Part shown: piece by piece, positions 32,100 to 41,774 of the stretch
Numbering within the stretch: position 1 is the stretch's first letter
Layout of the letters: each line of letters begins with the position of its first letter
From: Bacillota bacterium
GTDB lineage: Bacteria; Bacillota; DTU025
Length of the DNA: 64,000 bases
NCBI GenBank assembly: GCA_050951805.1
Contig: JBMNJT010000002.1
Location: 992,001 to 1,056,000, forward strand
Direction: 5' to 3'
Position numbers and translations under genes: made by a program
Notes under the pieces: model-generated
The model's database searches: none
What the model was told of the DNA's origin: nothing
What the model saw: the letters and a program-made list of their open reading frames with translations, nothing else

Positions 32100-35000
32100 A
32101 TGTTCAAGAAAGTCGATTCGGCTATGGACTTCCCTCGAATGGAAGAAGAGATACTGGAGGTTTGGCGGGAAGAAAAGATATTCGAGAAGAGCGTCGACCG
32201 GAGGAAAAAAGGCCCTGGGTTCGTCTTCTACGAGGGGCCCCCAACAGCAAATGGTCTGCCCCATCCAGGACATGTTCTTACGCGCGCCATGAAAGATGTC
32301 GTACTTCGCTACAAAACCATGAAAGGCTTCTACGTGCCACGCAAGGCAGGCTGGGATACTCATGGTTTGCCTGTTGAGCTCGAAGTTGAGAAGGAATTAG
32401 GCATAAGTGGCAAGCCCCAGATTGAGGAGTATGGGGTAGAGGAGTTCGTCCAGCGGTGCAAAGAGTCGGTCTTCAAATACGAAAGCGAATGGCGTCGCAT
32501 GACTGAAAGGCTAGGCTTTTGGATAGACATGGACGACCCTTATGTGACTTTCCATGATCAGTACATCGAATCTGTCTGGTGGGCTGTGAAGACTATCTGG
32601 GACAAGGGCCTCATGTACCACGGATACAAGGTGGTCCCCTATTGTCCCCGATGCGGCACTGCGCTATCCAGCCATGAAGTGGCGCAAGGATACAAAGAGG
32701 TTGAAGAGACATCCATTTTCGTGAGGTTCAAAGTCAAGGGCGAGGAGAATGTATCGCTTCTGGCATGGACGACTACGCCGTGGACTTTGCCGTCTAGCGT
32801 GGCATTGGCTGTGTCGGCTGACTATGATTATGCCTATGTCGAGAGGGATGGGGAAACGCTCATACTCGCAAAGGATTTGGTCGAGGCGAGGGTCAAAGGC
32901 GATTACAGAATCGTGCGGGTGGTCAAGGGGTCCGAGCTTGTGGGCATGGAATACGTGCCTCTTTACACGTATGAGAATCCTGAAGCGCCTGCCTACATGG
33001 TTGTAGAGGGCGACTTCGTCACTCTTTCAGAGGGCACGGGAATTGTCCACATAGCACCTGCGTTCGGCGAAGACGACATGCGCGTTGCACAGAACAATGG
33101 CTTGCCCATAATACAGCTAGTGGATTCCCAAGGCAGATTTGATGACAGGGCTCGTGATTGGAGCGGGATGTTCGTAAAAGATGCGGATCCTCTGATTGTG
33201 CAAGATCTTAAGGTGCGCGGCCTTTTGTTTGAAGAGATGGACTACACACATAGCTACCCCTATTGCTGGCGATGTGATACGCCGCTGCTCTATTACGCGC
33301 GGGGCTCTTGGTTTATACGCATGTCTGACCTGCGCGAGCAGCTATTGGCTAATAACGCCAAGATCAGTTGGTATCCCGAGTATATACGGGATGGCAGATT
33401 CGGCAACTTCCTTGAAAACGCCATTGATTGGGCGGTCAGCCGTGAGCGCTATTGGGGAACGCCGTTGCCGATCTGGGTATGTGAGGAGTGTGGCCATGAA
33501 CACGTCGTTGGCAGTGTTGAAGAGCTGAAGAGCATGGCGAAATCGTTGCCCGACCGTTTAGAGCTGCACAGACCGTACATCGACCAGGCAGTTTTGGCAT
33601 GCCCCGAGTGTGGAGGAGATTCCAAACGTGTGCCTGAGGTAATGGACTGTTGGTTTGATTCTGGCTCTATGCCGTTTGCGCAATGGCACTATCCGTTTGA
33701 AAATGCTCAAGCTTTCTCTGCAGCCTTTCCGGCGGATTTCATAACCGAAGCGGTGGACCAGACCCGCGGATGGTTCTACACGCTCTTGTCCATCTCCACG
33801 CTCCTGTTTGACAGGCCTCCCTTCGAGAACTGCGTCGTGCTCGGGCTTGTTCTGGATGAGGCAGGGCTCAAGATGAGCAAGAGCAAAGGCAATGTGGTGG
33901 ACGTATGGAAGCTCTTTGATGATCATGGAGCAGATGCCGTAAGGTGGTATCTGTACACAGTGAACGCGCCATGGAACCCGACGAGATTCTACGAGGATGG
34001 AGTTATCGAGGCCAAACGCAAATTCATGGGGACCCTATGGAACGTATACGCGTTCTACGTGCTATACGCGAACATCGATGAATTTGATCCTAGCCAATAC
34101 CATGTTGCCCCCGAGGATCGCTCTGTGATAGATAGGTGGCTCCTGTCGAAGCTATCCGGGCTTGTGGGCGAAGTTACAGAGGCGATGGACTGCTATGACA
34201 TCACAGCGGCCGCGAGGCGAATCGAGCAGTTCGTGGACGATCTATCCAATTGGTATGTGCGCAGATGTCGTCGTCGATATTGGGCAAGCGAGATGACCGT
34301 CGACAAGCAAGCCGCATATCTCACGCTCCACGAGACTCTGATAACCATCGCCAAGCTGATTGCGCCGTTCACACCTTTCTTGGCGGAGGAAATATTCACC
34401 AATCTAGAACCTGGCTCAGGAAGCGTACACATGCAGGACTATCCTAAAGCAGACGAATGGGCGCGCGATGTCGATCTGGAAAGACAGATGGATCTGGCCA
34501 GGCAGGTTGTGTACTTGGGCAGGGCGGCTCGCAACGAGGTGAATATCAAGAACAGGCAGCCCCTGTTGAAAGTAGTTGTAGGTGTCACTCCAGAGGAGAA
34601 AAAAGATCTCAGGTTGGTTGAAGATCTTGTCAAGGACGAGCTGAACATAAAGAGACTGGAGTATGCTCAGGATATGAGCGAGTTTCTTTCGTATAGAGTG
34701 AAACCAAGATATGATCTTCTGGGACCGAAGCATGGCAAGTTGATGAAGGCGATTGCCGAAGGCATCGCCGAAGCAGATGCTTCGCAGATAGCTGGAAAGG
34801 TTCTAAAAGGGCGCGAGTTTGGATTGGTCTTGAGCGATGGGACTGAGGTATCGATCCTTCCTGAAGAAGTGTCCATTCAAACTGTTGCTGCCGAGGGATA
34901 CTACGTACAGTCCGAGGGCGGACGAGCGATAGCCCTCGACACAGTCATCACTGAGGAGCTCAAGCTGGAAGGGTTCGCAAGAGAGCTAGTAAACAAGATC

Positions 35001-35222
35001 CAGACGACCCGCAAGGAGGCGGGATTTGACGTGTCTGACCGCATTTGCACAGTGATCTCGGGTGGGCCCGACTCCATGCGCGCGCTGGAGGTTCACAGGG
35101 ATTATCTCATGAAGGAGACGCTCTCGGTTTCGCTTGCCCATGGCGAGCCTGAAGGGGAGTACGTGCGTGAATGGGACGTCAATGGCGAGAAGGTGGCTAT
35201 AGGTGTTAGAAGGGCGAGTTGA
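32100..35222 (+). CDS. ileS: Isoleucyl-tRNA synthetase (type 2)
   Basis: EGPPTANGLPHPGH, GWDTHGLPVE, WTTTPWTLP, KMSKS; type-2 C-terminus EGFARELVNKIQ..RK.AGF..DRI. Confidence 0.97.
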   Translation: MFKKVDSAMDFPRMEEEILEVWREEKIFEKSVDRRKKGPGFVFYEGPPTANGLPHPGHVLTRAMKDVVLRYKTMKGFYVPRKAGWDTHGLPVELEVEKELGISGKPQIEEYGVEEFVQRCKESVFKYESEWRRMTERLGFWIDMDDPYVTFHDQYIESVWWAVKTIWDKGLMYHGYKVVPYCPRCGTALSSHEVAQGYKEVEETSIFVRFKVKGEENVSLLAWTTTPWTLPSSVALAVSADYDYAYVERDGETLILAKDLVEARVKGDYRIVRVVKGSELVGMEYVPLYTYENPEAPAYMVVEGDFVTLSEGTGIVHIAPAFGEDDMRVAQNNGLPIIQLVDSQGRFDDRARDWSGMFVKDADPLIVQDLKVRGLLFEEMDYTHSYPYCWRCDTPLLYYARGSWFIRMSDLREQLLANNAKISWYPEYIRDGRFGNFLENAIDWAVSRERYWGTPLPIWVCEECGHEHVVGSVEELKSMAKSLPDRLELHRPYIDQAVLACPECGGDSKRVPEVMDCWFDSGSMPFAQWHYPFENAQAFSAAFPADFITEAVDQTRGWFYTLLSISTLLFDRPPFENCVVLGLVLDEAGLKMSKSKGNVVDVWKLFDDHGADAVRWYLYTVNAPWNPTRFYEDGVIEAKRKFMGTLWNVYAFYVLYANIDEFDPSQYHVAPEDRSVIDRWLLSKLSGLVGEVTEAMDCYDITAAARRIEQFVDDLSNWYVRRCRRRYWASEMTVDKQAAYLTLHETLITIAKLIAPFTPFLAEEIFTNLEPGSGSVHMQDYPKADEWARDVDLERQMDLARQVVYLGRAARNEVNIKNRQPLLKVVVGVTPEEKKDLRLVEDLVKDELNIKRLEYAQDMSEFLSYRVKPRYDLLGPKHGKLMKAIAEGIAEADASQIAGKVLKGREFGLVLSDGTEVSILPEEVSIQTVAAEGYYVQSEGGRAIALDTVITEELKLEGFARELVNKIQTTRKEAGFDVSDRICTVISGGPDSMRALEVHRDYLMKETLSVSLAHGEPEGEYVREWDVNGEKVAIGVRRAS

Positions 35223-36060
35223 TCTGCACTGTCATACTACAAAGTCAGACGGTACGTTCACGCCCACTGAGTTGGTTGGCGAGGCCGCCCGCCGCGGCCT
35301 CGCCGCCGTTGCCATAACAGACCATGATTGTGTGGACGGCATAGGGGAAGCGCTTGAGGCGGTTGAGGAGAATTGCGTTGATGTTGTGCCCGGCGTGGAG
35401 ATATCCACTGATGTCAGTGATGGCGAGATCCACATACTGGGGTTTTTCATAGACTACGAAGACGAGGATTTGCTGAAATTCCTGGAAGCACAACGAGAGA
35501 GTAGGGTTCGGCGTGTGGAGCGGATGCTCAGAAAGCTTGCGGCTCTCGGAATCGATCTGAGCATGGAAGACGTGTTAGAGCATGCGGGTGATGGCGCAGT
35601 CGGCAGGCCCCATATAGCGGCTGCAATGGTCAAAGCGGGCTACGTGCTCAGTTGGGATGAGGCGTTTGCGCATTACATAGGCCTTCATGCGCCAGCCTAT
35701 GAAAGCAGGTCCAAATTGACTCCCTATGAGGCGATAGAGGCCGTTCTGGCTGCGAAAGGAGTGCCTGTTCTAGCTCATCCAGGCCTTTCAGGAAAAGACG
35801 ATATGATACCTTCTTTGGTGGAACACGGGCTTGAGGGAATCGAAGCGATCTATCCCCAGCACACTTCGGGGCAGCAGGAACATTACCAGAGAATAGCGCG
35901 TGAATATGGGTTGTTGGTTACTGCGGGGTCAGATTGTCATGGACCCTACTCACAGTCGGGGGTTGTTCTCGGATCCGCAACAACCGATTACGAGGTCGTG
36001 CTGAGACTTTATGAGCGTGCCAGGCGTACGCAAGCTATGATCTGCGAGAAGAGGACATGA
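35203..36060 (+). CDS. PHP-domain phosphoesterase (YciV/TrpH-like)
   Basis: DLHCHTTKSDG, ITDHD, GVEIS, HILG, GRPHIA, LAHP, GSDCHG. Confidence 0.93.
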   Translation: MLEGRVDLHCHTTKSDGTFTPTELVGEAARRGLAAVAITDHDCVDGIGEALEAVEENCVDVVPGVEISTDVSDGEIHILGFFIDYEDEDLLKFLEAQRESRVRRVERMLRKLAALGIDLSMEDVLEHAGDGAVGRPHIAAAMVKAGYVLSWDEAFAHYIGLHAPAYESRSKLTPYEAIEAVLAAKGVPVLAHPGLSGKDDMIPSLVEHGLEGIEAIYPQHTSGQQEHYQRIAREYGLLVTAGSDCHGPYSQSGVVLGSATTDYEVVLRLYERARRTQAMICEKRT

Positions 36061-36166
36061 ACGCCAGCATGGATTGAATCCATGCTGTCTACCACCATGA
36101 TGGGAAACATATGAAAAACGCCCCCCTGTAAGGGGAGCGTCAAATGATTGCGCCTTTGTTGATAAT

Positions 36167-36194
36167 CTAGGGGGTTGGGGGGGGTTGGGGCTAG
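36167..36194 (+). repeat. Tandem GGGGTTGGGG x2 flanked by CTAG
   Basis: CTAG-GGGGTTGGGG-GGGGTTGGGG-CTAG read directly. Confidence 0.85.
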
Positions 36195-36382
36195 ATGGCC
36201 CGGGTTACCTTTCCCGACCTGAGGCACCTGGTGCAGACTTTTATCCGGCGAGTGCTGCCATCAATCTCTGCCCTAACTTGATGGAGATTAGGATACCATC
36301 TGCGCTTGGTCTTGATCTCCGAGTGGCTGCGGGAGTTTCCTGAAACGGGGCCCTTGCCACATATATCGCATACTCTGGCCAT
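36191..36382 (-). CDS. rpmB: 50S ribosomal protein L28
   Basis: [41 protein letters not shown]. Confidence 0.98.
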   Translation of the reverse strand: MARVCDICGKGPVSGNSRSHSEIKTKRRWYPNLHQVRAEIDGSTRRIKVCTRCLRSGKVTRAI

Positions 36383-36471
36383 AATAATTCCTCCTCAAGT
36401 TCCTAAAACGCACAAACTAAATGATAGCATACGCAGAGGGGCTGCGCAAGAGGATTGTAGCGGGTCTGAGA

Positions 36472-36497
36472 AGGAATATCCAGTGGGCGCGAAGAAT
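36472..36497 (+). promoter_or_regulatory. Putative sigmaH promoter
   Basis: AGGA-N18-GAAT upstream of the Asp23-family gene. Confidence 0.5.
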
Positions 36498-36561
36498 ACA
36501 GAAAAAATGTTCACTCGTGTGGAGCTCGATTCGCAGGTTGCAGGTGAGCATTGGGGGTTTC

Positions 36562-36942
36562 ATGATGGGAAAAGAAATAAGTACAGAACTTGGCCAGATC
36601 ACCATAGCAGACGAGGTTATAGCCGCCATAGCGGGTATGGCTGCAACCGAGTGCTATGGGTTAGTGGGAATGGCGTCTCGCACTTTTACTGATGGAATTG
36701 CAGAACTCCTGGGGATGGACAACATAGCTCGAGGAGTTGAGGTCGATGTGCAGGGCGACAATGCAACGATTGATCTTTATATTATTGTAGAATACGGCAC
36801 CCGTATCACTGAGGTGGCCAACAATGTAATGGATAAAGTAAAGTACATTCTGGAGACTACCACAGGCCTCAATATACCTGAAGTCAACGTTACTGTTCAT
36901 GGTGTCAGGGTGGGTGCAGGCGGAAAGGAACGGCAGAAATAA
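36562..36942 (+). CDS. Asp23/Gls24 family protein (YloU-like)
   Basis: GQITIADEVIAAIAG..ATECYGLVGM, IIVEYG; rpmB-yloU-yloV synteny. Confidence 0.93.
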   Translation: MMGKEISTELGQITIADEVIAAIAGMAATECYGLVGMASRTFTDGIAELLGMDNIARGVEVDVQGDNATIDLYIIVEYGTRITEVANNVMDKVKYILETTTGLNIPEVNVTVHGVRVGAGGKERQK

Positions 36943-38639
36943 TGTCTGGAACGAAGCAGAGTCAGGCCTCGCATATGAAGACGATTGATGGGGCGGCCCT
37001 TGTTGCTGCCTTCGAGTCTGGCGTGGCATGGCTTGGTGTGAATAAGAGCCTGGTCGACTCATTGAACGTATTTCCGGTCCCAGATGGCGATACCGGAACT
37101 AATATGTACCTTACAGTCTCTGCTGCGCTAAAGGAAGCGGAGAAGGCAGGTTCGGCATCAGTGGGAGACGTGGCTGATGCCATAGCTTTAGGTTCTCTCA
37201 TGGGGGCCAGAGGCAACTCGGGGGTCATACTCTCTCAATTGCTTCGGGGATTCGCCAAACGCCTTCATGGCCTTGCGTCGGCCAATCCGGCAGATTTGGC
37301 ATCGGCTTTCCAGGAAGCTTCCAATGTTGCTTACAAAGCAGTCATGAAGCCAGTGGAGGGCACGATTCTTACTGTTGCGCGGACAGGCGCCCACGGTGGA
37401 GTTCAAGCAGCCAAGAACGGCGCTGACATCCTTGGAGTGATCGACGAGGCATTGCGCCAGGGCGAAGCTGCGCTCGAGAAGACGCCTGAGATGTTGCCTG
37501 CATTGAAGGAAGCAGGCGTTGTTGATGCCGGAGGCAAGGGGCTTATTATATTCGTCCAAGGGTTTATGAAGGGCCTCATGGGAGAGCCGGTAGAGCCTGC
37601 TGCCTTGGTGCATGCTGAAGCTGAGACGGCGTTGAAAGTTGCCAGAGAGCCTATGGCTGTGAAGCAAGAGATCAAGTATGCCTACTGTACTGAGTTCATA
37701 ATTCGTGGAAACGGCCTCGATCCTGAGAAGATAAAGAGCCGGCTTCTTGCCGAAATTGACGGAGATTCCATGTTGGTCGTCGGGAACGAAAACACAGTTA
37801 AGGTGCATATGCACAGCAATGTGCCTGGACGGATTCTCGAGATCGGCATTGGGTATGGCTCGCTTCACGAAATAGACATAGATAACATGGAGGACCAGCA
37901 CGAAGAGTTCGAGGAAATGAGCGGTGCGGAAAACGGAGTGTTCCCGCATTCCAGCGAAAAAGAGCCCTACGAGCTGAAGGATGTGGGCATCGTTGCCGTG
38001 GCGGCCGGGGATGGTGTAGAGAAGATACTGCAGAGCCTTGGCGCTGATGTTGTGATAACCGGTGGGCAGACAATGAACCCAAGCATTCAGGATATCGTTG
38101 ATGGGATACGCGAAGCCCATGCCAAAGACGTCATCATTCTTCCTAATAACGGGAATGTGGTTCTCACTGCCCGACAAGCTGCCGAGGTGCCTGATATCGA
38201 AGCGAGAATACACGTGGTGCCGAGCAAGACAATACCCCAAGGCTTAGCTGCGCTCTTAGCCATGACGCCGTATACTTCTGTGGAAGACAATGTCGCGAAG
38301 ATGAACGAGGCTATCGGCAAGGTAGTGAGCGCCGAGATCACGTATGCAGTGCGCGACTCTACGTTCAATGGAATAGAGATCCGCGAAAACGACATAATTG
38401 GCATAGTTGACGGTGACATTCAGGTTGTTGGCGAAGACGTGGACGAAGTCGTCCGCAAGGTTTTCACGGAAATGTACTCTGAAGAACACGAAATCGCCAC
38501 TATCATCTACGGGTTCAGTGTTACTGAGGAAGAAGCGGAGTCGCTCGCGGATAGCTTGGCAGAGGAATACCCTGACATCGAGTTCGAAGTGCAATATGGC
38601 GGTCAACCGCTTTACTATTACCTTATCTCTATTGAGTGA
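36942..38639 (+). CDS. fakA: DAK2-domain fatty acid kinase subunit A (YloV/FakA)
   Basis: LNVFPVPDGDTGTNM, GARGNSGVILSQ, GGQTMNPS, GGQPLYYY. Confidence 0.93.
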   Translation: MSGTKQSQASHMKTIDGAALVAAFESGVAWLGVNKSLVDSLNVFPVPDGDTGTNMYLTVSAALKEAEKAGSASVGDVADAIALGSLMGARGNSGVILSQLLRGFAKRLHGLASANPADLASAFQEASNVAYKAVMKPVEGTILTVARTGAHGGVQAAKNGADILGVIDEALRQGEAALEKTPEMLPALKEAGVVDAGGKGLIIFVQGFMKGLMGEPVEPAALVHAEAETALKVAREPMAVKQEIKYAYCTEFIIRGNGLDPEKIKSRLLAEIDGDSMLVVGNENTVKVHMHSNVPGRILEIGIGYGSLHEIDIDNMEDQHEEFEEMSGAENGVFPHSSEKEPYELKDVGIVAVAAGDGVEKILQSLGADVVITGGQTMNPSIQDIVDGIREAHAKDVIILPNNGNVVLTARQAAEVPDIEARIHVVPSKTIPQGLAALLAMTPYTSVEDNVAKMNEAIGKVVSAEITYAVRDSTFNGIEIRENDIIGIVDGDIQVVGEDVDEVVRKVFTEMYSEEHEIATIIYGFSVTEEEAESLADSLAEEYPDIEFEVQYGGQPLYYYLISIE

Positions 38640-38653
38640 AAGGGGGATGAGTC

Positions 38654-38878
38654 ATGTCTCGGCTTGCTGCAATGACGGACAACAGTTGCGATGCTTCCTC
38701 CAACACCATGTTGGACGATGAAAGCTGCATTGATACGGTGGAATCAGAGAGCTTCGAGTTGCTCAAGGCGCCTAGGTCCATTCGTAGGCTTGTCGAGGCG
38801 TGGGATTCACGGTGCTGGTCATTGTCGAGAACGTATTGGGGTCGGGAGCTGCAGCTGAGGCTCGGCTCAATAGCATAG
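38654..38878 (+). pseudogene. Probable degV (FakB) remnant
   Basis: MSRLAAMTDNSCDA resembles the DegV N-terminus (IAIxTDSxCDL); DESCIDTV..FELLK resembles DESYxDGV..FYELL; good RBS; position after fakA; only 74 codons. Confidence 0.5.
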
Positions 38879-38887
38879 TCAAGTAAG

Positions 38888-39457
38888 ATGCGTGTTATTG
38901 GAGGCATTGCAGGAGGTCGCCGGTTGGCTACGATCAGGGGGCGCAACATTAGACCTACCTCTGACCGTGTGCGCGAGGCGATCTTCAATATTATTGCCGA
39001 TCGCGTTGAGGGCTGTGTCGTACTCGATCTTTTCGCGGGCGTGGGAAGCCTTGGTATTGAGGCGATATCGCGCGGAGCAAGGCACTGCGTGTTTGTTGAC
39101 AAGGACCATGCTGCTTGTGGCGTCATAAAAAGAAATCTGGATGACTTGGGCTTTGAGGAGGCGTCGACAGTTGTAGAGGCCGACGCGTTCCGCGCCATCG
39201 GTGCGGGTAGGGGACCTGTATCAGAGAAGGCGCCATATGATCTGGTATTCGTGGATCCACCGTATGCTATGGAGGCTTCTGAAAAGTTGTTGTCCCTTAT
39301 CGAGAATGCGCGAATTCTCGCAGGAGATGGCCTAGTTCTCGTAGAACACTCATCACGGGATATCGCTCCATATGGATCCTCAAGGATGACAATGGTGAGG
39401 CAGGAGCGCTACGGAGATACCGAAGTCAGTTTCTATATGTTCTCGTCGGAGGGATAG
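38888..39457 (+). CDS. rsmD: 16S rRNA m2G966 methyltransferase RsmD
   Basis: MRVIGG, RPTSDRVREAIFN, LDLFAG, DPPY. Confidence 0.96.
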   Translation: MRVIGGIAGGRRLATIRGRNIRPTSDRVREAIFNIIADRVEGCVVLDLFAGVGSLGIEAISRGARHCVFVDKDHAACGVIKRNLDDLGFEEASTVVEADAFRAIGAGRGPVSEKAPYDLVFVDPPYAMEASEKLLSLIENARILAGDGLVLVEHSSRDIAPYGSSRMTMVRQERYGDTEVSFYMFSSEG

Positions 39458-39460
39458 CTG

Positions 39461-39946
39461 TTGACCCTTGCAGTATGCCCAGGCAGTTTCGATCCGGTAA
39501 CTATGGGACACCTTGACATTATAACGCGTGCAGCATCGATCTTTGATAATGTTATTGTCGCGATACTGGAAAACCAGGCTAAAGACCACATGTTCTCCCT
39601 GGAAGAAAGGTTGGAGATGTTGAGGGTTGCTTGTGCCCATCTCCCCAATGTGCAGGTTGATCATTTCGAAGGGCTTTTGGTCGACTACGTGCGGGCTTGT
39701 GGTGCACATGTCGTCATAAGAGGCCTTCGCGCAGTGTCGGATTTCGAATTCGAGCTGACTATGGCGTTGATGAACAGAAAACTCGATCCGTCCATAGAAA
39801 CCATGTATATAATGACATCTATGGAATACTCATTCCTCAGCTCAAGCATTGTCAAAGAAGTAGCAGGCTCTGGAGGAGACATTCACGGCCTGGTGCCTGA
39901 GCCATTGGTGGAACGCGTGTCGGCCAGGTGTAGGAGGAAGGGGTAG
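39461..39946 (+). CDS. coaD: Phosphopantetheine adenylyltransferase
   Basis: PGSFDPVTMGHLDI, RGLRAVSDFEFE, SSSIVKE. Confidence 0.98.
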   Translation: MTLAVCPGSFDPVTMGHLDIITRAASIFDNVIVAILENQAKDHMFSLEERLEMLRVACAHLPNVQVDHFEGLLVDYVRACGAHVVIRGLRAVSDFEFELTMALMNRKLDPSIETMYIMTSMEYSFLSSSIVKEVAGSGGDIHGLVPEPLVERVSARCRRKG

Positions 39947-39950
39947 GATT

Positions 39951-40400
39951 ATGATCAAACAATCGGTTGTTGAATGCCTGAATCGGATGGAGACGATAAT
40001 CGAATCCAGCGGAAAGCTGCCTTTTTCGGGAAAACGTGCTGTTGACGGAGTAGAGCTTCTCGAGCTTATCGACAGGATACGGATTGCGCTGCCTGAAGAG
40101 ATGAGGCAGACAGAGGCCCTGATAGCCGAGAGAAGCCGGTTGGCTGCCGAGGATGGCGTTGGGATCGCATCAGCACAGGCTTCTGGCGCCGATGGAGAGG
40201 TCTTTGCCAGCGCGAGGGAGGAGGCGGAGGTGCTGTTGATGCGTGCAGAACGTGAAGCTATGGAGATTAGGCTTGGAGCGGACGATTATGCCGAGGCTAC
40301 CCTCGCTTCTCTTCAAGAAACTCTGGATAGAACATCGTTTGTAGTAAGAAAAGGCATAGAAGAGCTGAGGCGCAGGAAGGACAATCCCGAGGCCAGGTAA
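39951..40400 (+). CDS. Conserved coiled-coil protein downstream of coaD
   Basis: LPFSGK..VD..ELLELID.IR..LPEE, GADDYA; usual clostridial coaD neighbour. Confidence 0.8.
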   Translation: MIKQSVVECLNRMETIIESSGKLPFSGKRAVDGVELLELIDRIRIALPEEMRQTEALIAERSRLAAEDGVGIASAQASGADGEVFASAREEAEVLLMRAEREAMEIRLGADDYAEATLASLQETLDRTSFVVRKGIEELRRRKDNPEAR

Positions 40401-40409
40401 TTCGATTGC

Positions 40410-41654
40410 CTATTTTTTCACTCTGAAGCCGAATGCCCGGGGCTTGGAAAGAAGCGCTAGCGCCGCCATAATGGATGCCCCTATGGCTGCGGTTTTGGCA
40501 AGCATTGTGCAGGAGTAGCTGACTGTGGCCAAGAAACCGGGCGAGCTGGAGAGGCCGGGAATGGCTATTGTCTGCTGGGCGGCCCATGGAACTATCTTGA
40601 GCATGATAGCTGTCACTATGGCAGCAAGTACTGCATGCACTATTCTGGCGAAGAAGTATGGCGTGAGTCGAATATCAGTGCCAAAGAGCATGCTCGCAAC
40701 CTGAGCAAATACGGAAAGCCCGCTCCACGCGATTATTGCGCTCGCCGCTATTGCCTTCTGGGCGATGCTGGCGGTGGCGCGGCTTGCCATTTCTGTGCCT
40801 ATTGTAATCTCAAAGAAACCGCCTACGAGTGAAGCCACCAAATCCTGCGGGACGCCGAGTGGAGCAAGCACAGCTATGAGTGGCGCGGAGAGCAAGTCTG
40901 TGATGTGAAACACCGTGAGAACGCGAATCACAACGGAAAATATCATTATGCACCCGCCAACGAGAAGCAGCGTTCCTACGGAGTCCTTTACTGCGTCTCC
41001 GAAGATTTGCCCGAATGATCTGTTGTCTTGACTCCTAGCAGTGTACAGTTCATGGGCTGCACGGGAGAGCAGCGACTCTTCCCTCTGGTATTCTTCTGTC
41101 CTTCTCCTCTTATCGCTCTCTCCATAGGACTTAAGCAGAAAGCCAAGGAGTATAGCTGAAACATAGTGAGAAGCCGCGAGAATCGGGCCAAGACCGGGAA
41201 GTTGGAACATTCCCACGGCCACGGCGCCCACCATGAAAAGCGGATCAGCGGTATTGGTGAAAGAGACAAGGCGTTCGGCTTCAACCCTGGAACACAGACC
41301 TTCTCTTCGGAGCCTTGCTGTTATGCGTGCGCCTATAGGATACCCGGATGCGAGCCCCATGGCCAAGGCGAATGCTCCTACTCCAGGAACGCCGAATAGG
41401 GGCTTCATGAGCGGCTCTAGGAGTGCCCCGATGAAGTGCACGACGCCGAGGCCCATCAAGGTGTCTGAAGCGATGAAAAATGGAAGAAGGGCAGGGAACA
41501 CTATGTTCCACCAGAGGCGTAGGCCATCTAGGGAAGCTTGAAACGCTTGTTCAGGGAGAGCGATTATAGCGATAGTGATGAATGAGGCCAATGCGGCGAC
41601 GAGATATGCATTTCGCCGGTTCGGTTCCAAGCTCGGCTTCATAGGAGCATACAC
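40410..41654 (-). CDS. ylbJ: Sporulation integral membrane protein YlbJ
   Basis: GLRLWWNIVFPALLPFF, SGYPIGA, NTADPLF, GFFEITIG, WSGLSV.AQV. Confidence 0.93.
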   Translation of the reverse strand: MYAPMKPSLEPNRRNAYLVAALASFITIAIIALPEQAFQASLDGLRLWWNIVFPALLPFFIASDTLMGLGVVHFIGALLEPLMKPLFGVPGVGAFALAMGLASGYPIGARITARLRREGLCSRVEAERLVSFTNTADPLFMVGAVAVGMFQLPGLGPILAASHYVSAILLGFLLKSYGESDKRRRTEEYQREESLLSRAAHELYTARSQDNRSFGQIFGDAVKDSVGTLLLVGGCIMIFSVVIRVLTVFHITDLLSAPLIAVLAPLGVPQDLVASLVGGFFEITIGTEMASRATASIAQKAIAASAIIAWSGLSVFAQVASMLFGTDIRLTPYFFARIVHAVLAAIVTAIMLKIVPWAAQQTIAIPGLSSSPGFLATVSYSCTMLAKTAAIGASIMAALALLSKPRAFGFRVKK

Positions 41655-41774
41655 TTCCTTTCGTGCTGTGGGTCGTCCTCAGATCTATATTTGCCAGAGC
41701 TCTTGCATATGCTGAAGGATTTTACGGCGTTCGGTAGAAATACGGGTAAGGCGTTATTTTGGGAGGCGAGAAGG

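Noticed and set aside
37188-38240. 350-aa minus-strand ORF (and similar long antisense ORFs over ppdK, rbr, smc and dprA)
   Set aside because: Antisense shadows of well-supported genes.
38640-38887. CsfG sRNA, expected upstream of rsmD/ylbH in many spore formers
   Set aside because: No sigmaF-type promoter, pyrimidine-rich loops or terminator seen; a degV remnant fits better.
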